A stretch of DNA of 55,723 nucleotides, the filler included, from Platydemus manokwari (lineage: Eukaryota): NCBI GenBank assembly GCA_037951405.1. It is 4 parts of 4 records of this genome, joined end to end, with 100 filler letters (N's around TTAATTAATTAA, not from the genome) between each part and the next. Parts side by side here need not be neighbours in the genome. Positions count along the whole stretch, not along the records: positions 15,491 to 29,894 come from JBBMOY011468085.1; positions 29,995 to 43,742 come from JBBMOY011630292.1; 2 more parts are not named here. One strand, given 5' to 3'. Every line of letters begins with the position of its first letter. The stretch's first letter is position 1. The position numbers and the translations under genes were made by a program. The notes under the pieces were generated by a model. That model searched no databases. It saw only the letters and a program-made list of their open reading frames with translations, and had not been told where the DNA came from. Positions 24,101 through 32,008 of this stretch are shown one piece after another.

Positions 24101-26919
24101 GGGGACGGAAAATTACCCTGTTTACAGATCATAGTCCATTACAGTGGTTATTGAAAAATAGAGATACGGCAAGTCGACTTATCAGATGGGCTTTGATATT
24201 ACAGGAATATGACATCGAAATTCGTTACCGGAAGGGAAGAGCAAACGCAAATGCGGATACATTATCAAGGATGAAGCAGGACGAATTATCAAGCGAGGAA
24301 GCACAGCTGGGAGAAGAAGATGAAACGGTATTAGCAGTAATCCGACGAGTAAACACAGTGGATTCTAGAGAAGAAGATCAAAAAGAAGACGAAGATATAG
24401 TATTGATAAAGGAATGTATGGCGGGACAAGTTCCGGAAGATTGGCAAAAGAGTTGGGAAAAACTAAAGGACAAATTCAAAATTAAAGAGGGCATTTTATA
24501 TTTTATCAGAGACAAAGAGTTATGCTATGTAGTACCTAGTAAGGATAGGGATCCAATAATGATGCAATATCATGACGGGGCACTAGGAGGACATCTATCA
24601 GCAAGGAAAACGCTATCAAGAATTTCAAGAAAATATTTTTGGCCTAAGATGGAACAAAACATAAGGAATTGGTGTCAATCATGTAAAATCTGTCAGACAC
24701 GGAAAGGAACAGGAGCCAGAACAAAAGTGCCGCTCAAACCAATCAGAGCACCATTGGCACCCATGGAAATGGTAGCAATGGATGTCGTAGGACCATTACC
24801 AGAAACGACAGATGGAAATCGATATATACTGGTAATGTGTGATTACTTCACGAAATGGCCAGAGGCCTATGCAATGAAAAATCAGAAGGCGGCAACAATA
24901 GCAAAACTTTTCGTAGAAGAAATTATTTTTAGATATGGAGCTCCCAGGAAATTGTTAACGGACAAAGGAACAAATTTTATGAGCGAATTGATAAAAGAGA
25001 TATGTGTTTTATTCGCGATACTTAAGCTCAATACATCACCATATAGACCACAAACGGATGGATTAGTAGAAAGATTTAATGGAACATTGCTCAAGATGCT
25101 TTCGTCGTATACGAACAAGGGTCAAACAGATTGGGATGTACACATATCGTCATGCTTATTTGCATACAGAAACGCAGTTCATACTGCCACAGGAGAAACC
25201 CCATTCTATCTAATGTATCTCAGAAACAATAATATGCCGATTGATTTAGACTATGTAAAACCAACTTCGCAATATCTGGAGGAAGAAGATTATAAAATAA
25301 CAATGCAAGAAAGACTACAGGAGGCATGGGAGAAAGCAGGGCTCAATATAAAATATGGACAAGAAAAATACAAAGAACGATACGATAGAACGGCAAAAGA
25401 ACATAATTTTAAAATTGGAGATAAGGTCATGGTAGAGACACCGGAACCAATACGAGGTAAGACACCTAAGCTTCAAAGAACGTTCAAAGGTCCGTACACC
25501 GTAGAAAAAGTAACACCAACAAATCTTTCTTTAGTAAGCACTCGAAAATCTGGATCATCATTTATAGTTCACGCCAATCGATGCAAGAAATGGGTGGAAC
25601 AGACCAAGGAACGGTATCCGTTACGATCCAGAGAGCAGAAGAACCTGGTAGCAAGTGTTAAACCATCAAGATGGTTTTGGCTACCCTTAATAATGATGAC
25701 AATTTGTGGAACAACAGGGGAGACAAAAATGAAAGAAATCAACATCAGCGTAAGAAGCACAGGAATAAAAGTTTCAGGAAAGCCTATGCGACTAGTGGTC
25801 CAGTGTATTGGTATTCAATCGGAACACAATCAGGAAAAAGAGGGCAAATGTCGAATACCATACAGTGTCAGAGATAATATTTACATCAGAGTAAAGGAGC
25901 ATGTAAACAAGACCGACATTGCACAGTTCAAAGTTATCTTTTTGGGCCCTAGAAATCGAAATTGGCAGGGGTCTAGAGTAGTTGAAATATTAATAATTTG
26001 GTTCAATAGCAATTATACTCTTGGGATTGTACATATAGATGAAGAAGAGCCATCATATACTCCGAATTGCGGATGGAAAGCATTAACAGCGCATAAGAGT
26101 TTTAGTACCGTCTTATGGGGAACTGTTAAAGACTGCCAATACGAGGACTTTGACAATTTGGAAGAAGAGATAGAAGAATCGAATTCAATAACGAAAATCA
26201 AATGCTCTAAGGAAAATGAAACGAACATTAAAGAACAATTGGACGTACTATACAAAGACAAGGGACCGAGCAGACGTGGACTCAAACCCGCTATAAGGTG
26301 GACAACAAGTACGAGTGGAGAAATGAAACGGAGACGCAAGACCACAACTACACCGAGAACGACGATGAGGACGAGCAAAACGATGAAAAGCACGAGTAGA
26401 AAAACGACATCAGAACGGAAAACAGAAACTACAACATCAAAAGGAACAAGCCCAGGAGATGTGCAAACCAAGAAAATGGAAGTATCAACGAAACCCAGCA
26501 CTAGACGTTTTGTTAAAATCAATCCAATAAAAGATGGAATTAATTGGGAAGTGAGGAAACCGGTACCAATAATTTCCCCGAAGAGAAGTAAGAAAGGAAA
26601 ACTAGGATCAAGAAAACGAAAGTTAGAAAAGGAAGCAGTGGAGAGAATGACAAATTGGGTTATGGCCGCAGGGGCTTGTGGAGCAGCACTGATAATTATG
26701 TCTACAGCAGCATTGTGTTGCCATGTTAGGAAACGTTGGAGAAGAAAACGAAGAAGGGTAATGAAGAGGAAAATGAAAAAGTTGTCAAGTTTGGAACTTC
26801 CAACCGAAATCCAGCCGCTAGCAAGAAATGAAGAAAATTGGATTTTAGAGCCGTGTCCGAAACAGGAAATGTACAATCAGATAACAAGTTTCAGGCGAAT
26901 AGAGGAGCATATAGTTTGA
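17188..26919 (+). CDS. 3243-aa Gag-Env(gB/chuvirus-like)-Pol-membrane protein polyprotein
   Basis: Uninterrupted ORF. It has a Gag capsid-like region, 4 CCHC knuckles (17806-18105), a Cys-rich glycoprotein (19822-21675), protease LLDSGA (DSG 22195), RT YLDD (23416), RNase H TDASG (23923), IN HHCC (24571-24693), D-D-E (24781, 24961, ~25069), GPY, and a C-terminal signal-ectodomain-TM module. Confidence 0.97.
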   Translation: MDYELVKLPVRTFNGEPTEFADFMAEYRQVAEALGYDEARMVRRLPIHLSGMARSAYYDINVANKTWAEVVKELTKKLIPGDIGRVNRQMFHKRKQGTDEPVGEYAYQVELLAQRAFGPKNQWTETIKKIVEDQFFIGMLQPLRTVLGLADYKDFEELLQKARKAEMNIKGNPTMICEIGAVRRDNSRTRNTEIKRNETNDQTVKKCFNCQKPGHIAKQCRARKLELGPGPGRDQRRNIDIVCRNCNETGHFAKECRIKICRYCNKRGHLEETCWAKNSPQRDNVNIDGKVQCFKCKQYGHMAKSCLSEKTSPKVVKRLAFSNAKVNMVRDREEDDETEKLRAENEELKRQLFRVIGRETISMIQPQDNGIKILTRNDSLEEKVDVNGNVIMALVDLDQEEYNTLPEVLEREFARIPRNKDRIMDLLSQVTELAVTPMMLGRIVKVIKPHIMEFGVQQAEIRSVIRRYGRYMRLRGMDQRPIKIKLKMVGWEEMNVELHYCARVRTIREKATQVMGREWIIVIFWNTYQLDDDEYLMDCGCNADEETVIIAVQVDSNGQPVLTGNRYEELINQTGQGSLRPPEGTTEALRSEVTDPDSVVLEEVSEEEELQRPIGISPVEQAQEEPQREDISGPEEQSRPRQVRPGSNPVGRPRKDPNAPRPQGISRETKRIVRREYLHRLADRYRRQHEEEAYDEATKGDQERLRRLIELMDPSMEATGEPDNLTIEIFLEMSKILSDIEDFVEEPDSMSDEVWLAQLCEGRMDKEKAMVGIALILKRADKMNRESGRQNTDILIRGANKMIEDYFGPWMQLNQGWQSLLGVKQTSEPDMGSTPERSPEPPRRQSEFRQRTRREEQQDEPRRDNSQPRGDRRSSNDSLLPMMLIMIMMFLNMMNRTNALVAYDCTKPKMGKIYSLVDLEECPEAYPTNLTSREVEYNIYQETEFRRANVKECIVKKATFEYYCGVHSRTAFLEATLIPVPVIVNSENCESAFVTGKLQIAAGLAIDAKIGVRTRQAITEGGSIGADGTCSGREKYRKGEKVSWVVTYSDYMVQLREFEGVFDAVTGKMLSHPFCNFKHTTCDTGESLLVYRVPSTDCDMVFLKKVVFTQLEGEKEKESMSRSRRVSKITRVTERVEKEKTPIVLISRDKNEGIRFVRRERNLKCNTEVYTTNHKGIFVSYHDMVGAKRVSKTDVKLADYTNTKLDFVYHVLQQSMREMYHEVVGNDCKLNRELLRTRFAMIISNPELVAPMLLPDQGVFARMMGEVIYSYKCAVVNVQLRRTEECTNELPVVWENEERYVSPVTRILLEKEAKPKVLECGAAMSPIYKITQDIWITLPDRKETSKVENLELLKIESGLKFEDLDELASGGIYTTQDIEEARRNMMFPERRERVLTHLVDAVMQGNGGSADKRNYEVLLSPDHYKKAAMKLLEKTWGKFTGFGNFMAGIIGIYTIFMLVKWGLSQIMSVYTLYRTIGFTWRLITACLPFLAKFVIIHHHGKELTKLKRIFHERKPEEPEGELEVVVKTCESSTSSNEGESGFFSHQAQRPKIKRKKRIPTAPVGGEYLKIDRRLPKVPVRYTSLIGLRPTIYPTLDPFIYDEIPGKEQDADGKMEEKQQDRELDEEEVARLGVPVYKPRVNMIKSGKRRVDDKSVIKVKINGRLVSALLDSGATVSIISDKILTNGERNNMKPASGAQTLTGQNFEFQGKVICVVELGGHKIEHGMRVMTNCPYDGLIGMDILSQLQGVAFDLVTGNLIPVHDSRGRRRAVNDIVLHENLLLPPRAETVCFITAGVQGKGAMHFKPSIELRWLHGAVDEVVEIRDGKIPIRVVNFDVKEKQLYTKMKIGQLQPLTNEPYADSINVLRPSTIKKYKPTIITSQNLTERQREYLQKVIWKFDHVFAKDDYDLGCTHILKHKIVLTDSAPIKQRAYRQPYALEEEINQQINDMLKVGTIEPSSSPWASPVVMVKKKDGSIRMCIDYRKVNEVTRKDTYPIPVIEMMFDKIKRSKIFTVMDLQKGYNQVAMDEDSKEITAFVTSKGLYQYNKMPFGLTGAPATFQRLMNLILMDVEHAMVYLDDIIIFSLNGDEHIKDIAAVLQRLKVAGLKVKPTKCEWAKSEVKYVGHIVSGSGIRPDPENVKKVANFATPKNTKEVREFLGLAGYYRRFIKNYAKIAAPLNDLLKGEAKALKRKVKREKLVNIIEKQVNKFVWGDEQQKAFEQLKEQLISEPILRYPDMAKPFLLMTDASGYAVGAILAQQAEGEKDHVIAYASRGLKKHELNYATIEKEALAIVFAVKKFRHYLWGRKITLFTDHSPLQWLLKNRDTASRLIRWALILQEYDIEIRYRKGRANANADTLSRMKQDELSSEEAQLGEEDETVLAVIRRVNTVDSREEDQKEDEDIVLIKECMAGQVPEDWQKSWEKLKDKFKIKEGILYFIRDKELCYVVPSKDRDPIMMQYHDGALGGHLSARKTLSRISRKYFWPKMEQNIRNWCQSCKICQTRKGTGARTKVPLKPIRAPLAPMEMVAMDVVGPLPETTDGNRYILVMCDYFTKWPEAYAMKNQKAATIAKLFVEEIIFRYGAPRKLLTDKGTNFMSELIKEICVLFAILKLNTSPYRPQTDGLVERFNGTLLKMLSSYTNKGQTDWDVHISSCLFAYRNAVHTATGETPFYLMYLRNNNMPIDLDYVKPTSQYLEEEDYKITMQERLQEAWEKAGLNIKYGQEKYKERYDRTAKEHNFKIGDKVMVETPEPIRGKTPKLQRTFKGPYTVEKVTPTNLSLVSTRKSGSSFIVHANRCKKWVEQTKERYPLRSREQKNLVASVKPSRWFWLPLIMMTICGTTGETKMKEINISVRSTGIKVSGKPMRLVVQCIGIQSEHNQEKEGKCRIPYSVRDNIYIRVKEHVNKTDIAQFKVIFLGPRNRNWQGSRVVEILIIWFNSNYTLGIVHIDEEEPSYTPNCGWKALTAHKSFSTVLWGTVKDCQYEDFDNLEEEIEESNSITKIKCSKENETNIKEQLDVLYKDKGPSRRGLKPAIRWTTSTSGEMKRRRKTTTTPRTTMRTSKTMKSTSRKTTSERKTETTTSKGTSPGDVQTKKMEVSTKPSTRRFVKINPIKDGINWEVRKPVPIISPKRSKKGKLGSRKRKLEKEAVERMTNWVMAAGACGAALIIMSTAALCCHVRKRWRRKRRRVMKRKMKKLSSLELPTEIQPLARNEENWILEPCPKQEMYNQITSFRRIEEHIV
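19822..21675 (+). other. env: Envelope glycoprotein domain, chuvirus/herpesvirus-gB-like (putative class III fusogen)
   Basis: Hydrophobic signal LLPMMLIMIMMFLNMMNRTNA, then LVAYDC...YSLVDLEECP. 14 ectodomain Cys, GEVIYSYKC..V.V..R.TEECTNELPV motif, RSRR furin-type site, SGGIYT motif and C-terminal hydrophobic segments. The pattern was recognised by eye as chuvirus-like G. Confidence 0.78.
22102..25620 (+). other. pol: Pol: aspartic protease, reverse transcriptase, RNase H, integrase
   Basis: LLDSGAT, SPWASPVVMVKKKDG.IRMCIDYR, MPFGL, YLDD, TDAS, EKEALA, TDH, H-x6-H...C-x2-C, MDVVGP, TDKG, GLVERFN, FKGPY. Confidence 0.97.
25672..26919 (+). other. Second type I membrane protein fused after integrase
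   Basis: Signal-like WFWLPLIMMTICGTTG, ectodomain with 4 N-glycosylation sequons (NIS, NKT, NYT, NET), T/S/K-rich stalk, TM WVMAAGACGAALIIMSTAALCC (26656-26721) and polybasic tail RKRWRRKRRR. Confidence 0.7.
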
Positions 26920-27157
26920 ATGGGTATGAGTGATGATACGGTATGAACAGATGTTTGTGTTAAATAATTAATTATTACTTATTATATATGTATTTTATTT
27001 TCATTTTTCATTTAATTTTTTTTTCTTTCTTCCTTCCTCTCTTTCTTTTACCTCTAGTGTGTCGTATCGCTAGGAATATTAAGCACAGTCCCAGATAAAA
27101 TTGTTATATTGTCGTATATATAACAATTAATGATATTTTATTTCCAGAAAACAAACA

Positions 27158-29167
27158 ATGGAATATTACAAGCCCGGCATGAAGCCCGTCACAATCACTT
27201 TTCCGTCATTTATAGTCCAAGAACAACCGAGAATGAACCATTTGTTAGGGAAAGTTGATTTAAATAAACCCCTTACACTGGAGAAGAAAATATCAGTAAT
27301 AGGCGATAAGGGAGTAGAAATAATGAGGAACTGGTTTAGGCAAAACTCCGGAGCTATGAAATGGTTCCCGGAAGTAGAAGCCATCCCAAACAGATTAAAG
27401 GGCCGAAGGACAGACAATCGGCAAATGTTCTGTATTGGGAAAAGAATCCCAGCGATCGATTTGGTTTACCTCAGCCGATGGGGGCAAACCATAGATTTCC
27501 TGAGCACTGGTAAAGTGTTAGTAATAGAAAAACGGCCACAAGAAATAAGAGCCGAAGAATTTCTACCAGAAGCTCAGGCATCCCTCATTATGAAAGGAGA
27601 AGCGGATGTGGAGATCTATTTAATTCCAATCCGGCCTACCATTATAGAAGTGACCAACCGAAGAAGAGAAGAATGGAACCCAGCCAGAAAAGAAAAGCCA
27701 GAATGGGACATCATCCCACCCGAAGAATGGAACAAGAGGCAACCATTTGCTGACAGCAAATGGTTAGCAAACCCCGATGAAGACCAAATAGTCATATTGG
27801 ACGTCAAATTGGGCGTACCAATGTTTATGAATAAAATGGTCCCCTTAGGAGCAGCTTTATCAGATAGAAGAGGAAATTTCTATTTCCGCTCCATAATAAC
27901 ACCTCGCGCTTATATAGCCGATTACAGGGCAGCTGACCACGGAATAACCCAAGACATAGCTCAGGGACAAATGGATGAGTTGGCAGCAAAGTTGGAACTA
28001 AGCAAATTATTGGAAGGGAAAATAGTAATAGGATACGAAGTTAAGAAGGCTTTGGAAGCAGTAAGAGTCGATAAAAGCTGGATAAGAGGGTATTGGGATT
28101 TGGCAACCTTACCCATCTTAAAGAAAGATAAATTGATCGCGTTAAGAAGAGATGGAACAGCTTCTTTACATTTATTGGTTCAATATTACGCGAACAAGAG
28201 AATGACAGACAGAAGAGGATGTCTGGCTCTAACCAGAAATGCATCTTTTATGCAAGGAGTATGGGCAAGCGTAGCTGAAAGATGCATCGAAGAAATGCAA
28301 GAAGAAAGAAGAAGAAACATTAACCAAAAGGTGGAAGAAAAGAAGACAGGTTTAGAACAGATCAGAATGAGTAGAAATGAAGTAGTTAAGGAAATTGGTA
28401 AGCATTTGATACAACAGATAGAGACAAAGCCAACAACTAGTAGAATGTTGGAGGAATCTGTAATGGAAATCTCAGAGTCCTCAGATGAAAAATCGCAGGA
28501 ACCAAGGAAAGTAGACGAAGCAAGAAGTATAACGCCAAACAACGAGGATATGTTCTCAGACAATAGCGAAGATAAGCAAGAAAGAGACAGTTTGGCAAAG
28601 AAATATCAGAAGTTTAGAAGAAGGTTTAAATCACCCCCAGTGGATATGGATGACAGTAGTGAAGAATTTGAGGTAATGTTAACTAGAGAAGAACATGCCA
28701 GGAGACAACGGGAAAAAGAGAAAAAGAAAGAAACTGAAGTAAAGATAGTGGTAACGGATTTTGAGCGAAAAGTTGTCATAAACAAGTCACCAAAAGACAC
28801 AAGGGGAGGAAAAGAAGATAAGATAGAAGAGGACGAGGTCGTGGTGTTAACTGAGACCATAGACCTATCAGGGGAGACTACAGAAGAAGAAGAGGAAGAG
28901 AAAGAAGACAGTCAGGAATCAGAAAACCCTAGTAACAAGAAGGAACAAAGAACAGGATTGCGGTTAACATCATCATTAGCCGACATCCATGAAATGAGTA
29001 AAACTAATGGATGGTTTTGGAAGGAAATAGTGTTGGAGTCGAAGAAGACAGGACAGGAATTAGTTTTAATAAATGATAGGAAAAGGAAGTCAGCAAGGGA
29101 TCAACAAATGATGGGAAAGATGGAATGTGACCGGGCCAGAGCCACGAAGAAGACAAAGAGGAGCTGA
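27158..29167 (+). CDS. Element ORF2, 669 aa: degenerate DEDDh (REXO4/ISG20-like) exonuclease domain plus acidic/basic low-complexity tail
   Basis: 27788-28265 aligns by eye to REXO4/ISG20: VILDVK, I.P...IADYR...GI, L.KLLEGKIVIGY, WDL, SL..L. The ORF is intact, lies inside the LTRs and has the same A-rich codon bias as the polyprotein. Confidence 0.75.
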   Translation: MEYYKPGMKPVTITFPSFIVQEQPRMNHLLGKVDLNKPLTLEKKISVIGDKGVEIMRNWFRQNSGAMKWFPEVEAIPNRLKGRRTDNRQMFCIGKRIPAIDLVYLSRWGQTIDFLSTGKVLVIEKRPQEIRAEEFLPEAQASLIMKGEADVEIYLIPIRPTIIEVTNRRREEWNPARKEKPEWDIIPPEEWNKRQPFADSKWLANPDEDQIVILDVKLGVPMFMNKMVPLGAALSDRRGNFYFRSIITPRAYIADYRAADHGITQDIAQGQMDELAAKLELSKLLEGKIVIGYEVKKALEAVRVDKSWIRGYWDLATLPILKKDKLIALRRDGTASLHLLVQYYANKRMTDRRGCLALTRNASFMQGVWASVAERCIEEMQEERRRNINQKVEEKKTGLEQIRMSRNEVVKEIGKHLIQQIETKPTTSRMLEESVMEISESSDEKSQEPRKVDEARSITPNNEDMFSDNSEDKQERDSLAKKYQKFRRRFKSPPVDMDDSSEEFEVMLTREEHARRQREKEKKKETEVKIVVTDFERKVVINKSPKDTRGGKEDKIEEDEVVVLTETIDLSGETTEEEEEEKEDSQESENPSNKKEQRTGLRLTSSLADIHEMSKTNGWFWKEIVLESKKTGQELVLINDRKRKSARDQQMMGKMECDRARATKKTKRS

Positions 29168-29260
29168 AAGGAGAGCCGAAGACAAATGATAAACAATGAT
29201 AACTATTTAGTGATTTAGTGAAATTAAATAAATTTTTTTGTGATTACGACTCAGTTAATC

Positions 29261-29294
29261 AAATTCGAGGGGTCGAATTTTTATAAATCGGGAG
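29261..29294 (+). other. Hairpin AAATTCGA-GGGG-TCGAATTT followed by short polypurine tract before the 3' LTR
   Basis: Perfect 8-bp inverted repeat at 29261-29280, then AAATCGGGAG immediately before TGTTTG. Confidence 0.65.
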
Positions 29295-29894
29295 TGTTTG
29301 TTGGGTTTACCAAGACACCCCCCCGGGGAAAAATAAATAATAAAAATGATAAATAATGCATAAATAATAATAATAATAATAATAATATTAATTAATTAAA
29401 AATTAATTAGTACTTGAAAGTCATTGAAAAATTCCCAGAAATTTTATTTTTAAAATACTTAAAAAAATAAGATAATCCTCGAAGATAATTTATAATTTTA
29501 AAGCAGTCTAAAAGAGGCATTTTAATAAATAATAAGGATAATTATAAAAATATTTTCAGGGAATTGTTAGGAAATTTTAGGGATACGATGATACTTTTAG
29601 AATTTTGAGAATAATTTTGAGAATTTCTGAAGACTTTTTCCCAGACGAAGATCAGTCCCAAATAGTATAAAAGCGAAGGGATTTTAGTAAATTTTCACCC
29701 CTCAGAGAACGTACAGAATAATTAGAAGAGGAAGATAGTATTCGATTTTAAAACAGAAGATATTATTCGATTTTGAAACAGAAGATATTATTCGATTTTG
29801 AAACAGAAGATATTATTCGATTTTGCAATAGGAAGATAGTATTCGATTTTGAAACAGGAAATATTATTCGATTTTGAAACAGAAGATATTATTC
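29295..29894 (+). repeat. 3' LTR (truncated by gap)
   Basis: Starts TGTTTGTTGGGTTTACCAAGACACCCCCCC and aligns with the 5' LTR up to CCCCTCAGAGAAC (29710). Confidence 0.88.
29731..29894 (+). repeat. Tandem array in 3' LTR: ~6.5 x 25-mer GAAGATATTATTCGATTTTGAAACA
   Basis: Counted directly; the array runs into the gap. Confidence 0.92.
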
Positions 29895-29994
29895 NNNNNN
29901 NNNNNNNNNNNNNNNNNNNNNNNNNNNNNNNNNNNNNNTTAATTAATTAANNNNNNNNNNNNNNNNNNNNNNNNNNNNNNNNNNNNNNNNNNNN
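29895..29994. other. Artificial assembly spacer
   Basis: 44N-TTAATTAATTAA-44N. Confidence 0.97.
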
Positions 29995-30131
29995 ATTAAA
30001 TAAATTCAAAAGCATGAAATTTTAAGTCTTTTAAAATAAAAATATATAATGTAAAACTTAATTCTGTTTAAATAATGTGAATAATATACATTTAAATTAT
30101 TCTTATTCCATATTTATTATTAGTCATTTTC

Positions 30132-30554
30132 ATGTTACGTACTAAAGCACTTTCTACAACACTTAATCATTATGTTGGGTCTGGAGTTGATTCGATATTA
30201 TTATTTACTTCTGAAGGAATTATACTAGCCCAATCAAACGTAAATTCGAACGATGAAAAAACTAAGGCTGCAATTGTCGCAAATATATGGAATATTTATC
30301 AAAGACAACAAGATAATGTACCGGTTGTATGTGAATAATATTTTTAAAAATTTTATATCCTAATATCCCAGGACGATCAAATTCAGGAACTATTAATAGA
30401 ACTAGAATTTGGAAAATTGGCTATTAGTAAAGTTGGAACAGTGTTATTATGTTTATGTGGATCTCGAAATGCTGAATTTGGAATGATAAGAGCAAAAATG
30501 GTCACATTAATTGACCGATTAACTGATCCAATTTGTAAATTGACAGGGGTATAG
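30132..30554 (+). CDS. LAMTOR2: Ragulator complex protein LAMTOR2 (roadblock domain), 2 exons
   Basis: MLRTKAL...GVDSILLFTSEG...AAIVANIW / ...LLCLCG...FGMIRAK matches LAMTOR2 (MLRPKAL, AAIASNIW, FGMLKAK). Exons 30132-30326 and 30372-30554 with a phase-0 GT..AG intron. Confidence 0.92.
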
Positions 30555-32008
30555 TTATCAAGATTTTATCAAGAATTAATTTCATCTTTTTATTGTATTT
30601 ATTCAACTTACTTTTGAATGACTATTTGATTTACTTAGATTCAGTTTTCATTTCTTGTTGCGAATTTTCATTGATGAGATAATTGAATAATTTATAATAT
30701 GTTTAAAATTTTGAATTGCCTTTATTTCAAGATTATTGATTTTAAATATTGATCGATTATTTATTTATATCTATTTATTAAAGTAACCAAAATCTTTCCC
30801 AGTCAATTTACCAAGCTTTTATAGGTTTTATTCAATTACATATTTCACTAATGAAAATGTCGAGCATACGTGTGGTTGAGAAATAGTCTAGACATCTAGA
30901 GTTGATAAAGCAATAAAATTTGAAGATTTTCTAAACCTAATTGAATAAGCGTTGTGGAATTTTTTATTTAACGTATTAATATAGAAAATGTTCAATGAAA
31001 TACTTATTTTACATGTTATTTGAATCAGTTTTCAATAGCAAATTTTTAAATTAATTACAGTTTTTGGATTTATATATTATGTTATTGTGGTTCTTTAAAC
31101 CCAATAAGTAAGTTTGTATTTCCCGAATCCTTTTACTTATTTGATCCCAAATCGGTAAACAAAACCAAATTTTAATTATTATGTTAATTTCACTAAAAGT
31201 TAAATAGTTATTTGTTCAAAAGGGCCGACTGAAGAGCAGTTGACATGTCAAACCATAAGTTTAGTTAATATATAGTTTAAAAATGCGATGACGCTTTCTA
31301 ACCTTGTTCATAAACGGTTTATGTATAAAACAACTAACTACCCTGTAAATTACCCAAAATGATAAAATTTCCTTTAGATACATCGATTGCTTGCTTAACT
31401 CAGTTTTTTATGGGTGGATTAGCTTCTTCGCATATTGTTTCTTAGCAACTAATTCGACTTCACTAGATAATTATTTTCATTTACAACTCTCTGTTCTTTG
31501 AGGATTTCAGCAAACCGTGAAAATGTATTTAAATACTAATCTAGTATTATTTTTAATTAAAATGTTTTAAACTTTAAATTAATCGAATATTTACTTGAAT
31601 AGTGCAATGACAATATTTAAAAATGAAAGTTGCTCACATTAAATGATGATTTCGCAGAAGTAGTAAAAATCTTCATTCGCTCATTCATATTTAAGTACTG
31701 ACTTTGAGTACTATTATTAAAAAAATCAATCCTTCAAAAAACTATAAAAAAGATCGGGAAAATACGAAATTGTCAATTTAACTTTCCAAACCATTCCAGA
31801 TTTTAAAGCACATAAAAAAATCTAAAAAACGCCTTGGTAAAATAAATAAAAGCAAAAAGCATATAATGCAAATTAATATTGATAATAATAATAATGAATA
31901 AAAATTCTCCATTTAATTATCTACAATTTAATATGTAAGTTATCAAAATCAGTTCAGTGTATCAAAAGTTATAAAATACAATCAATTCAGTCTTTAAAGC
32001 TTTAGAAT

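Larger units (their letters stand above)
15491..29894 (+). mobile_element. Ty3/gypsy (Metaviridae) LTR retrotransposon / putative endogenous retrovirus-like element with env-like genes
   Basis: Direct terminal repeats (15491.. matches 29297..), PBS after the 5' LTR, gag-PR-RT-RH-IN order typical of Ty3/gypsy, GPY motif after the IN core, purine tract before the 3' LTR. Both ends abut assembly gaps, so no TSD can be seen. Confidence 0.96.

Noticed and set aside
26013-26876. 287-aa antisense ORF and other short antisense ORFs within the element
   Set aside because: Most likely shadows of the biased, low-complexity sense codons; no recognisable domain.
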